In this document: one piece after another, positions 1 through 9,297 of the stretch
Position numbering within the stretch: position 1 is the first letter of the stretch
Layout of the letters: each line of letters opens with the position of its first letter
The notes under the pieces: model-generated
The model's input: only the letters and a program-made list of their open reading frames with translations
The model's database searches: none
What the model was told of the DNA's origin: nothing
IMG/VR virus record: IMGVR_UViG_3300027743_000027
Coordinates: 6,160-70,159 of that record
DNA: 64,000 bases
Strand: one strand, 5' to 3'
Origin: a virus
Program-made: the position numbers and the translations under genes

Positions 1-3000
1 CAGATCAAGCCGCTGCTCGACGTCGAGATCGCGTCGGTCGCAGGCGCCAGCGGCGGGCCACTCCTGGGCGGCCACGCCAAGGGCGACAAGGTGCTGATCG
101 ACGTCAAAGGCACCGAGGTCATCGCCACCGTCGTGGGCGAGCACGCCACCAAGGGCGTGCTGACGCTCCTCATCGACCCGGGCCAGGGCCTGGCGTCGAT
201 CAAGGTCTGGCGCGCCCCGAGCAAGGTCAAGGCCTACGGCGGGCCGCCGACGCCTGCCATTCCGCTCACGCCCGTGGCGCCGAACCCGCTGGTCTCGCCG
301 TTCGGCGGCCTGGACGTCGGCCACGTGGTCTACGCGACCGCGGGGCAGCACCTGGGCAAGGTCGGCATCGTCCAGGCCACCAAGGCCGCCAACGGCACGC
401 TGCAGGTCTTCTGGGAGGACGGCACGAGCAACTGGGTGGTCCACCAGAACCTCCAGGCAACGCCTGCGCCGACGATCACGCCGACCGTTGGCCAGCAGGT
501 CAAGCTGAACATGCCCGAGCAGGCGCTGCTGCACACCCAGCTTGGCACGATCACGCACATCGACTCGAACGATCTGGTCACGGTCGAGGTAACGATCAAC
601 AACCAGGCCTTCGACTTCACGCTCGAGCCGACCAGCGTGTGGAAGCTCGAGGCGCCCGCGGCGGTCATCGCCGTGCCGCCACCCGTGCCGCCGCACGGCC
701 TGCCAGCGGGCTACCAGACCTCACCCGCCGAGCCCGTGATGGGCGGCAAGGTGCTGGTCACCGCGCAGGGCCCGAAGTTCGGCCAGGCCGGCACGGTCGA
801 CTTCGTCGGCGGCGTGGGCGTCCACATCAAGTTCGACCAGGGCGGCGGCGACATGCTGCTCAAGGCGAATATCACCGTCATCGAGCCCGTGACGGCGCCG
901 CCAACGCCGAGTGCGCCCGGGGCGCTGCCGACCATCGGCTACTTCGATGCACCTGGCGCGCCCAACCACGGCAAGCCCGTGGCCTCGCTCGACGCCGCAT
1001 CGGGCGCCATGCAGTACACCGACGGCACCTGGGCCTACGGCATCGACCCGGCCTGGGTGGTGCCGACGCCACCGCCGGGCAGCCTGCACGCGCCGACGAC
1101 GCCACCCGCGGCGCCCGCGCCTGTCCAGGCCGCGACACCAGCGTGGCAACCCAAGGTGGGCGACGCCGTCACGATCAACGACATCTTCAACCCACACCAC
1201 GGCGCGCAGGGCGTCCTCGACCTCGAGACGCCGAGCTTCTGGGTGATCAAGCTGCCGACCACGACGGTGGTCATGAGCAAGCCCGACCTGCTGACCAAGA
1301 CGCTGCCGCAGGGCGCGCCAGCCGCGCCGACGCAGACGCAGACGGTCGCCGCGCCCGCGCAGCAGGTGCCGCAACTCGGCAACATCAACCACCTCTACAC
1401 GGGCCACTTCGTTACCATCCACGACCCTGGCGGGGCACTGCACGGCCAGTCCTTCGAACTGGCCGAGGACGTCGACCTGATCTCGGCGCAGGGCGACATC
1501 CCGCTGTGGGAAGACGCCACGCACCAGGGCGTGATCTACCTGCCCAAGCAGAAGGCCTACGACCCGACGCTGCCATTAATCGACCTGCAGGCGCTGGCTC
1601 GCCCCGAGGCGACGCTGCAGGATCTGATCGTGGGCGACCAGGCGGTCGACACACACACGGGCGACACGGTCTACCTGGGCGAGGTGCCGCACTGGTCGCT
1701 GAGTGGCGGGCTCATCGTCTACAAGTCCAAGGCCGACTTCGACGCGGGCATCAATCCGATCACGCTGCCCGTGGCGGACCTCGACCCGGTGCCGGGCATG
1801 CTGATCCACGCCGAGACGCCGCTGCACCAGCTAGCCAAGGGCGACAAGGCCATCGTCAACGACCCGACCTCGAACTGGCATGGCAAAGAGGTCTACCTCG
1901 AGATGGGCGCGCTGGGCATGTACGGCACGAGCACCATCCCCGTCACCGATGCCAGCGGCGCCATGACGACGCTCAAGCTGAACCAACTGACGACGACCTG
2001 GCAGATGACGGCGACCTCGAGCCCGGGTCACCTGGCGCCGCCGCCCGCGTCCGCGACAGGCGGGCCAGTCAAGGATCTGCACGCGCACACGGCGGGCGAT
2101 CTGGTGATGATCAAGCCGGGCATCGGCATCCAAGACGGCGGCACGGTGGTCGAACTGGTCGACTCGCTGGTCGGCCTGCAGCCGCACGATCTCGTCACCG
2201 TCAAGTACGCCAACGGCACCACGAACACCCTCGAGGTCAGCGAACTGAAGGCGCTGCCGCCCAGCGGCGCGACCATCGGCCAGCAGTTCGAGTCAAAGGA
2301 CGTCAAGACCCTCCAGGCAGGCGACAAGGTCATCGTCAAGAGCGGCCACGCCGCGGGCCAGGAGATGACCGTCACCCAGCCCTACGACCCGGCCAGCGAC
2401 CTGCTCGAGGTCAAGGACGCCAGCGGCGGGCTCGAGGACTTCTACCCCGACGAGCTTCTGGTCCACCCGGACTCGCAACTGGGCCTCAAGGCCGCACCGC
2501 TGCCCAAGAAGCTCGAGGACATGCAGGCGGGCGACACGGTCATCGTCAACTCACCGGGCGATCCCTACCACGGCCAGCCCGTGACGCTGATGCACGACCT
2601 GTACGGCTACAAGGCGACCGACTTCATCGACCTGACGACGGCCACGGGCGGCTACCTGAGCTACTACCTGCAGAACCTGGCCGTGCCGCGCCCCGCACCA
2701 CCACCTGTGGTCCAGGCCGCCACTGCCGCGCCTGTCGGCAGCGTCGATGTGACACAGAAGGGCACCAAGGTCACCACCGACTACAAGGGCGCCACGGTCA
2801 CGGGCACCGTCCAGTCCTACAACGCGGGCAAAAAGGTGCTGGTGATCAAACCAGATGGGCCTGTGCCTGGTTTGACAGCCAAGACGTTCACCAAGAGCCC
2901 TGGCAAAGTCCAGGCGCTGGTCACGCCCGCGCCCGCGGCCGCCGCGCCGCCCGCACCGCCGCCGCCTGTGCAGACGCAGACGCCGCCCGCGGCCGCGCTG

Positions 3001-6000
3001 CACCCCATCGACCATCTGGTGGCGGGCGATGCCATCGTCATCAACTCGCCGGGCAGCATCTACCACGGCCAGACGGGCAAGCTGATGAACCCGAGCGTGG
3101 CGCAGACCACCAGCGGCTTCCTCGTGGTCGAGATCGGCGGCTCGAGCAAGACCTTCCTGAAGGCCGACCTGGCCTCACCCACGCCACCACCACCGCCATC
3201 GCCGCAGCAGGTCGCGCTGGATGCCATGACGCAGGGCGCGACGGTCATCATCAACGCGCCCGGCAGCGTCAACCACGGCTACGAGGCGCTGCTGCTCGAG
3301 GCGACGATGCCGACCAATGCGGCCGACATGGTCAACCTGCACATGCTGGCGGGGCCGCAAGCGGGCCAGGACGTCGTCTACTTCAAGACGACGCTGGTCG
3401 CGCCCGGGACACCCATCGCGCCAACCGCGCCTGTGCCAGCGCCGCCCGCGGCGGCTGCGGGCCCGGTCATGACCAAGACGACCAAGGGCGCCATCGTCAC
3501 CACCGAGTACCAGGGCACGCCCGTGACGGCGATGGTCAAGAGCTTCAACGCGGGCAAGAACGTGGTCATGCTGAAGCCTGTCACGCCCGGCCTGCCAGGT
3601 GTACCAGCACAGTTTCAGAAGTCGCCCAGCAAGGTCACGCTGGTGCCGCAGCCAGGCGTCAGCGCACCTGCCACACCCGCGGTGCCTGTGGTCACCACGC
3701 CGCCGCCAGTGGCCGCCCCGGCGCCTGCCGCGACGCCGACGCTGCCACCTGGCCTGACGGCCACGCAAGGCAAGCCCGCGACGTCGCCGTCGACCATGCA
3801 GGCGACGCATCAGGTGGTCGGCGGCGGCCACACCAAGGCGATCTACAAGGACGCCACCGACAACTCGACGTGGATGTTCAAGCCCGATCCGAACGCGGCG
3901 CGAGCCGAGCAGGCGGGCTACAACGTCCAGGCGCTGCTCGGGATCGCCACACCCGAGACGCACGTCATCACCCACAACGGCCAGGTCGGCAGCTTCCAGA
4001 AGTTCCACCCGGGCATCAAGGGCGAGGTCGCGCTGCACGCGGTCAAGAGCCTGACCGACGCCCAGCGCGCCCAGCTACAGCAGCATCAGGTCGTTGACTG
4101 GCTGATCAGCCAGCACGACTCCAACGAGGGCGCGATGCTGATCGGCGCCAACGACGAGATCCTGGCGGTCGACAAGGGCCAGGCCTTCAAGTTCCTGCTG
4201 ACACCCGGCGAGAAGCTGCACTGGACCTACAAGCCGAACCCCAACCAACTGGTCTACCAGCCGCTCTTCGAGGGCTACATCGGCAACAAGTTCGCGCTGC
4301 AGCGGAGTGCCATCGAGCCGATCCTGCAGAAGATCGAGGCGCTCGACGATCAGGTCTTCAAGGACGCCATCAAGCCCTACGTCGACCACGCCGTGCAGCA
4401 GGGCCTGGCGCCGAACGAAGCGGCCATCTACGACAAGCTGCTCAAGCGCAAGCACTCGATCCGCGCCGACTTCGACAAGCTGTACGACCAGGCCGACCAG
4501 CAAGCGGGCCGCTCGAGCGGGCCCTCGCTCAGGCAGGCGGCACCCGCGGTGCCCGCGCCGCCTGTGGTCGCCGCCACCTCGAGCGCCGTCTCGACCAATC
4601 AGGTCACGCCCATCACGCCTGTGCTGGCGACCAACGTCCAGCGCGCTGGCACACACGGCAAGGCCGTGCTGGTTGGCGGCCGCGACATCGAAAACGGCAC
4701 CGTCCACGTCTTCCAGATGCCCGTCACGGGCGACGGCACCAAGCTGGTCATCTCGGCCAAGGTCCGCGCAGGTGCCGAGGCCAAGCTGAAGCAGCACCTC
4801 GAGGGCCTGCCTGCCAACAACGCCGCGCCGCCACCCTCGCCCACCTCCACGGCGCCACCCGCGGACCCGGAGTGGACCAACGTCCTGACGGTGCTGAAGC
4901 ACGTCGGCTCGCACACCAAGCCCACGGGCGACCAGCAGGTGACGGGCTCGAAGGTGGCCGAGCTAATCATCCTGGCCAACAACCTCAAGACCAACAACCT
5001 GGGCTGGACGGCGCAGAAGTCGGGCTACTACGCCGACCTGCTCGAGAAGATGACGGGGCACAGCGTCGTCGAACTGGCGGCCAAGACACCCGATGTCCTG
5101 GCGGCCGAGCTACAGACGCTGTGGATCGGCAACACGGCACTGCACGCGGCCGCCTTCGGGCCCTACGTCGCACCACCGCCACCGCCACCTGTGGCGTCCG
5201 CTGCGCCACCGCCGCCACCGCCGCCACCGACAGGCAAGTTCAAGGCGCGCTCCGAGTCACCCAGCTATCTGGTGCGACGGCTGAGCAACGGCGACCTGAT
5301 CACCGACGGCGTGACGCGGACCGACTCATCCTTCCACGGCATCCTGGGGCGGCACGAGTGGTTCATCGACGACCTGGGCGGTGGCATGTCGGCGCAGTAC
5401 ATGCCGCACTACGGCAAGTCGCTGTCGCCCTACGAGTCGAGCGCTCGAGCGCAGAACAACCCGTACAGCCGCATGGGCCGCCTCGAGGTGACGCTCGACA
5501 ACTGGCAGGGCACGCACACCGAGATCGAGGCGGCGCTGCAGAAGCTGAACGAACTGGGCCTCGAGGTCGCGCCCGCCTCGCCGCAGGATGTCGAACTGCT
5601 GTACCTGGCCAATCAGGTCCACGCCATGGGCCTCGAGTCCTCGAGCAAGTACACCTCGCTGCAGGCCAGCATCAACGACACCACGCCCGTCAGCGAGCAG
5701 ATCAGTAAGCACCAGAAGTTCCTGAGCGACCAGCTTGGCACCGACGTCACCAAGCTGCCGACTTACGACCCGGTGGCCAGGTTCGACAACGGCTACCGCA
5801 TCGTGGGCACCAACGGCCACGAGATCGTCCCCGAGGCAGGCAAGCCCTACTTCGAGCGCCTCGACATCAGCGCCCAGGATCTCGCGCAGAAGCTGCCCAA
5901 CCGCGTCCTGACCCACGACTCGACCGCAGGCACCGAGAACTTCCTGAAGGTGCTGCTCGACGGCAACGGCGCGATGGCCAACACCGAGGAGCGCGTCCGC

Positions 6001-6432
6001 CAGGCGCTCTTCGACCCGAGCCAGGGCATGTCGAGCGTCACCGACATGTACACGGGCGGCGCCAGCTACTTCTTCACGCGCCTGGCGCGGACGACGCACG
6101 GCGAGGGCAGCCGCGGGCCGTTCTGGTTCGACATCGACCTGATGCGACGCACTGATATGCTCGCCTACAAAACGGACACCTACGGGCGGTCCGATCCGAA
6201 CACCAAGAAGGGGCGCTACACCGACCTCGACGACTGGCGGACCAAGCAGCACGTCGCAGGCAACAACGAGGTGGTCATCAAGAACGGCTTCCCGCTGCTC
6301 GACTACCTCGTGCGCCTGTCGGCCAAGAACGCCACCGAGCGGAATCGGTTCATCAAGTACTTCAAGGATCGCGGCATCAGCCAGATTCGCGGCAAGCCCA
6401 TCGAGGACATCGTGCAGGTCGGCTTCCCATGA
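1..6432 (+). CDS. Giant polyvalent phage protein, 5'-truncated by the window edge: KOW/SH3-like array, HipA/PI3-PI4-kinase-like domain, putative ART-fold C-terminus; sits in the MuF/minor-head position
   Basis: Frame 1 has no stop from base 1 (QIKPLLDVE...) to TGA 6432. About 15 repeats of 'xGDxVxI(N)xPG...HG' separated by Pro/Ala linkers. Kinase motifs GGGHTK, WMFKP, AEQAG, DWLISQHD, AVDKGQAF. C-terminal LTHDS...YFFTR...NEVVIKNG. Lies upstream of the protease and capsid genes. Confidence 0.8.
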   Translation, partial: QIKPLLDVEIASVAGASGGPLLGGHAKGDKVLIDVKGTEVIATVVGEHATKGVLTLLIDPGQGLASIKVWRAPSKVKAYGGPPTPAIPLTPVAPNPLVSPFGGLDVGHVVYATAGQHLGKVGIVQATKAANGTLQVFWEDGTSNWVVHQNLQATPAPTITPTVGQQVKLNMPEQALLHTQLGTITHIDSNDLVTVEVTINNQAFDFTLEPTSVWKLEAPAAVIAVPPPVPPHGLPAGYQTSPAEPVMGGKVLVTAQGPKFGQAGTVDFVGGVGVHIKFDQGGGDMLLKANITVIEPVTAPPTPSAPGALPTIGYFDAPGAPNHGKPVASLDAASGAMQYTDGTWAYGIDPAWVVPTPPPGSLHAPTTPPAAPAPVQAATPAWQPKVGDAVTINDIFNPHHGAQGVLDLETPSFWVIKLPTTTVVMSKPDLLTKTLPQGAPAAPTQTQTVAAPAQQVPQLGNINHLYTGHFVTIHDPGGALHGQSFELAEDVDLISAQGDIPLWEDATHQGVIYLPKQKAYDPTLPLIDLQALARPEATLQDLIVGDQAVDTHTGDTVYLGEVPHWSLSGGLIVYKSKADFDAGINPITLPVADLDPVPGMLIHAETPLHQLAKGDKAIVNDPTSNWHGKEVYLEMGALGMYGTSTIPVTDASGAMTTLKLNQLTTTWQMTATSSPGHLAPPPASATGGPVKDLHAHTAGDLVMIKPGIGIQDGGTVVELVDSLVGLQPHDLVTVKYANGTTNTLEVSELKALPPSGATIGQQFESKDVKTLQAGDKVIVKSGHAAGQEMTVTQPYDPASDLLEVKDASGGLEDFYPDELLVHPDSQLGLKAAPLPKKLEDMQAGDTVIVNSPGDPYHGQPVTLMHDLYGYKATDFIDLTTATGGYLSYYLQNLAVPRPAPPPVVQAATAAPVGSVDVTQKGTKVTTDYKGATVTGTVQSYNAGKKVLVIKPDGPVPGLTAKTFTKSPGKVQALVTPAPAAAAPPAPPPPVQTQTPPAAALHPIDHLVAGDAIVINSPGSIYHGQTGKLMNPSVAQTTSGFLVVEIGGSSKTFLKADLASPTPPPPPSPQQVALDAMTQGATVIINAPGSVNHGYEALLLEATMPTNAADMVNLHMLAGPQAGQDVVYFKTTLVAPGTPIAPTAPVPAPPAAAAGPVMTKTTKGAIVTTEYQGTPVTAMVKSFNAGKNVVMLKPVTPGLPGVPAQFQKSPSKVTLVPQPGVSAPATPAVPVVTTPPPVAAPAPAATPTLPPGLTATQGKPATSPSTMQATHQVVGGGHTKAIYKDATDNSTWMFKPDPNAARAEQAGYNVQALLGIATPETHVITHNGQVGSFQKFHPGIKGEVALHAVKSLTDAQRAQLQQHQVVDWLISQHDSNEGAMLIGANDEILAVDKGQAFKFLLTPGEKLHWTYKPNPNQLVYQPLFEGYIGNKFALQRSAIEPILQKIEALDDQVFKDAIKPYVDHAVQQGLAPNEAAIYDKLLKRKHSIRADFDKLYDQADQQAGRSSGPSLRQAAPAVPAPPVVAATSSAVSTNQVTPITPVLATNVQRAGTHGKAVLVGGRDIENGTVHVFQMPVTGDGTKLVISAKVRAGAEAKLKQHLEGLPANNAAPPPSPTSTAPPADPEWTNVLTVLKHVGSHTKPTGDQQVTGSKVAELIILANNLKTNNLGWTAQKSGYYADLLEKMTGHSVVELAAKTPDVLAAELQTLWIGNTALHAAAFGPYVAPPPPPPVASAAPPPPPPPPTGKFKARSESPSYLVRRLSNGDLITDGVTRTDSSFHGILGRHEWFIDDLGGGMSAQYMPHYGKSLSPYESSARAQNNPYSRMGRLEVTLDNWQGTHTEIEAALQKLNELGLEVAPASPQDVELLYLANQVHAMGLESSSKYTSLQASINDTTPVSEQISKHQKFLSDQLGTDVTKLPTYDPVARFDNGYRIVGTNGHEIVPEAGKPYFERLDISAQDLAQKLPNRVLTHDSTAGTENFLKVLLDGNGAMANTEERVRQALFDPSQGMSSVTDMYTGGASYFFTRLARTTHGEGSRGPFWFDIDLMRRTDMLAYKTDTYGRSDPNTKKGRYTDLDDWRTKQHVAGNNEVVIKNGFPLLDYLVRLSAKNATERNRFIKYFKDRGISQIRGKPIEDIVQVGFP

Positions 6433-6833
6433 GCGAACGGCCGCCGACCAGCCGCGACCTCATCGAGCGCGCCCGGCGCTACGTCCGCGATGGCGGCGTG
6501 GGCACCGTCACGCTGCAGGACGGCAGCACGCTGCCACCCGTGCCGATCTGCATCCTGTCGCTCGAGCCCGACATGCTGTGGTTCCTGTTCGTCTTCGACG
6601 ATCACCCGCACGGCTCGTATGTTGCGTCGATCACCGAGGGCGACGACGGCGAGGTCAACGTCATCGGCCAGGACGGCGAGGCCAGCCTCGAGATCTACAC
6701 CACCTGGCTGCCCGAGCAGCAGGCGACGCTCAACCGCTGGCGGACCAGCCTGGCGTCGCAGATGGTCTACCTGGGCGTGTCGCCGCTGCCGCCGAACGTC
6801 GTCTACTACGGCGGCCCGCCGCCGCGAGAGTAG
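6429..6833 (+). CDS. Hypothetical protein (134 aa), translationally coupled to the giant protein; candidate immunity protein
   Basis: ATGA start/stop overlap with the giant ORF; codon usage matches neighbouring genes. Confidence 0.65.
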   Translation: MSERPPTSRDLIERARRYVRDGGVGTVTLQDGSTLPPVPICILSLEPDMLWFLFVFDDHPHGSYVASITEGDDGEVNVIGQDGEASLEIYTTWLPEQQATLNRWRTSLASQMVYLGVSPLPPNVVYYGGPPPRE

Positions 6834-6836
6834 CCC

Positions 6837-7163
6837 GTGCCGCTCTATCAGGCGATGGTCGAGAGCTTCCGCAACGACGACGGCGAGTACACCGCGGGCG
6901 TCGCCTGGGTCTTCGATCCGCGCCGCAACCGCATCCAGATCGAGTGGCTGCCGGGCTTCGACGCCCGCGGCCAGGCCGACATCGAGCGCGTCGCGGGGGC
7001 GCGCAACGACGGCTGGCACGATGCCGACATCTGGAACTACTACACGTCGGCGCAGAGCTACAACGGCTACGTCACCATGCGCAGCCTGCCCGAGCCGCTG
7101 ATCGCACCGAGCATGGACGCGGCCGCGTCGGCTGTCTTGCGGCGCATGGCCACCCAGGCCTAG
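6837..7163 (+). CDS. Hypothetical protein (108 aa); candidate second immunity protein
   Basis: GTG start 3 nt after the previous stop; acidic/aromatic globular composition. Confidence 0.6.
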   Translation: MPLYQAMVESFRNDDGEYTAGVAWVFDPRRNRIQIEWLPGFDARGQADIERVAGARNDGWHDADIWNYYTSAQSYNGYVTMRSLPEPLIAPSMDAAASAVLRRMATQA

Positions 7164-7373
7164 ACTGCCCCCGCCGTTATTCGAACGGGCCGCTAGCGCT
7201 ACAGGCACCGTGCGCAGCCCGGGCGGAATCCCGGGGCCACCCAGGCACCGTCGCACCAGGGCCAGAGGCGCCAAGCTGCCGACAGTTTTGTGACGGCATT
7301 GCAACGCCCGGGCTGGCCCGCAACGCTGCCCGGGCGTTTGCCTGTCACCGAGTCGGGTATATACGGTGGCTCG

Positions 7374-7901
7374 ATGCTCAAACGAGTCGCGGTCATTTCT
7401 CTGCTGATGACCACATTCGCCACAGCAGCGCACGCCGAGATGCTGAGCCCGGGCGAGCCCTGGGAACTCGACGCGCCAGGCACCCTGATCGCAGCAGACG
7501 TCGAGGAACTGGCCAACGAGGTGGGCCTCGAGCCGCCACTCCTGCAAGGCGCGGTGAACACGGTCAAGGCTTCACCACGCGCCTACCTCCAGCATGAAGG
7601 GCTGCTCGAGCCGCCCAAGCCTGCCGCAGCCGCCGCGCCAGCCGGGCCACCACCCGGTATCTGGGACACTCTCGCCAACTGCGAATCGAGCGGCAACTGG
7701 GCGATCTCGACTGGCAATGGCTTCTATGGCGGACTGCAGTTCACGCTCAGCACCTGGCAGAGCTACGGCGGCGTCGGGATGCCCAATCACGCCAGCCGGG
7801 CGACCCAGATCGCCGTGGCGCAGCGGACGCAACGGGCCGCGGGCTGGTGTCAATGGCCTGCCTGTGCGGTGCGGCTGGGCCTGGCCCGGCGCTGCCCATG
7901 A
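7374..7901 (+). CDS. rpf: Secreted resuscitation-promoting factor (Rpf)-type lytic transglycosylase
   Basis: Signal peptide MLKRVAVISLLMTTFATAAHA|E; canonical Rpf domain WDTLANCESSGNWAISTGNGFYGGLQFTLSTWQSYGG...QIAVA...WPAC. Confidence 0.9.
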   Translation: MLKRVAVISLLMTTFATAAHAEMLSPGEPWELDAPGTLIAADVEELANEVGLEPPLLQGAVNTVKASPRAYLQHEGLLEPPKPAAAAAPAGPPPGIWDTLANCESSGNWAISTGNGFYGGLQFTLSTWQSYGGVGMPNHASRATQIAVAQRTQRAAGWCQWPACAVRLGLARRCP

Positions 7902-7941
7902 GCCATGAGCCAGGAGGCACGGTTGCTGCGACGGTGAGGAG

Positions 7942-8019
7942 ATGCCACGCATTCTGAAGTGCCGCAGGTGCGGCGAGCAGTACGTCGAGGGCAAGCCACA
8001 TCACTGTGAGCCTGGCTAG
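7942..8019 (+). CDS. 25-aa zinc-finger-like microprotein MPRILKCRRCGEQYVEGKPHHCEPG
   Basis: GAGGAG directly upstream; CxxC...HxC; stop abuts the next GTG at 8020; too short for the ORF track. Confidence 0.5.
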   Translation: MPRILKCRRCGEQYVEGKPHHCEPG

Positions 8020-8202
8020 GTGCGGCTCAAGATCATCAGCGATGGCACGAGCGCGGGCACGCGCATCGAAAACGAGCAGGGCGAAGACCTGACGCCGCAC
8101 GTGCGAGCGATCCGCTGGACCATCGAGGCCGGGCGCAACCCGCAACTCGAGGTCACCCTGGCGCGGCTCGAGGCTGACGTCGAACTCGACCTGAACGTCT
8201 AG
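8020..8202 (+). CDS. Hypothetical protein (60 aa)
   Basis: Typical codon usage; abuts the upstream micro-ORF. Confidence 0.6.
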   Translation: MRLKIISDGTSAGTRIENEQGEDLTPHVRAIRWTIEAGRNPQLEVTLARLEADVELDLNV

Positions 8203-8259
8203 GTGGTCGCCAACCCGGCCATCTGATACGTTGGCCCGGAGCAGGCTGTGGGGTGAGCG

Positions 8260-9297
8260 ATGCGTGAACGCATGACGGGCCTCGCCCACAGCCTGCGCTC
8301 GGGGCCACTGTTCCATGTCATCGGCGGTGCGCTGGCGGGCCTGCTGGTGATGCTGCTGCTGCTGGCGTGGACGACCGACGAGCGGCAGGCCATCGGCCAG
8401 GCGGTGCGCGAGACGACCACGACGGCCGTCACAGCGGTGGCCGACGCCGCGGGCAACGTCGTCGAGCAGATCACCGAGCGCGAGTCGCTCATCGTCGAGG
8501 GGCCGCCGACGCTCATCCAGCCCCGGCCGACCGAGTTTGTGCTGCCGACGCCCGAGGTCGGCATGACGGCGGTGCCAACGGTGCCAACCGTGCCACCCGA
8601 GGAGTCGGCGCTGGTGATCGCCCGGCCCGCCTCGATCTTCAATGTGGCGCCGCCGCCGACGCTGGCGCCTGTGATCGGCCCGCAGGCGGTCATCGTGCCG
8701 CCGACGCCTGTGCCTGAGCCAGCGCCGCCATCCGAACCCGAGCCCGAGCCGACCGCCGAGCCCGTGGCCGAGGTGCCGCTCGAGCCTGCTACCGCACCTG
8801 CGGTCGCTGCCGCGCCGCCTGTGCCTGTCGTGCCCGCGGCGCCTGTCGCGGCGGCCGCCGTCGCGCCTGCACCGCCGCCATTGCCGACGTGGACGCCCAC
8901 GCCACGACCGCGCTCGAGTGGCGGCGGCTCGACCTCGAGCAGCGCTGCCGAACCGACGGCCACGGCCGAGCCCGAGCCGACCGAGACGCCAAAGCCGCCT
9001 GCGGTGGTGCCCACGAGCGCGCCCGCGCCACTGCCGCCCACTGCTGCACCACCAGTCGCCACCAGCACACCACTGCCGCCCACGGCCGTCCCAGCGCCAC
9101 CGACGAACACGCCACGGCCAGGCCCGCCAGCGACCAACACGCCGAGGCCACCGCAGGCGACCAACACGCCACGGCCAACGCAGCCGCCGCCTGTCGAGGT
9201 TGGACGGCCAGGCCCGAAGCCGACCAAGGAGCCCAAACCGACCAAGGAGCCCAAGCCGACACCACCGCCCAAGCCGACTCGCCCACCACGTGCTTGA
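8260..9297 (+). CDS. Membrane-anchored Pro/Thr/Ala-rich surface protein
   Basis: N-terminal TM segment (VIGGALAGLLVMLLLLAW), then PT-rich tract with TNTPRP x3 and KPTKEP repeats. Confidence 0.75.
   Translation: MRERMTGLAHSLRSGPLFHVIGGALAGLLVMLLLLAWTTDERQAIGQAVRETTTTAVTAVADAAGNVVEQITERESLIVEGPPTLIQPRPTEFVLPTPEVGMTAVPTVPTVPPEESALVIARPASIFNVAPPPTLAPVIGPQAVIVPPTPVPEPAPPSEPEPEPTAEPVAEVPLEPATAPAVAAAPPVPVVPAAPVAAAAVAPAPPPLPTWTPTPRPRSSGGGSTSSSAAEPTATAEPEPTETPKPPAVVPTSAPAPLPPTAAPPVATSTPLPPTAVPAPPTNTPRPGPPATNTPRPPQATNTPRPTQPPPVEVGRPGPKPTKEPKPTKEPKPTPPPKPTRPPRA

Noticed and set aside
639-4097. 1152-aa alternative-frame ORF overlapping the giant gene, and similar long Arg-rich + strand ORFs elsewhere
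   Set aside because: Arg/Gly/Pro-rich shadow frame caused by high GC3 in the real gene; no motifs or RBS.
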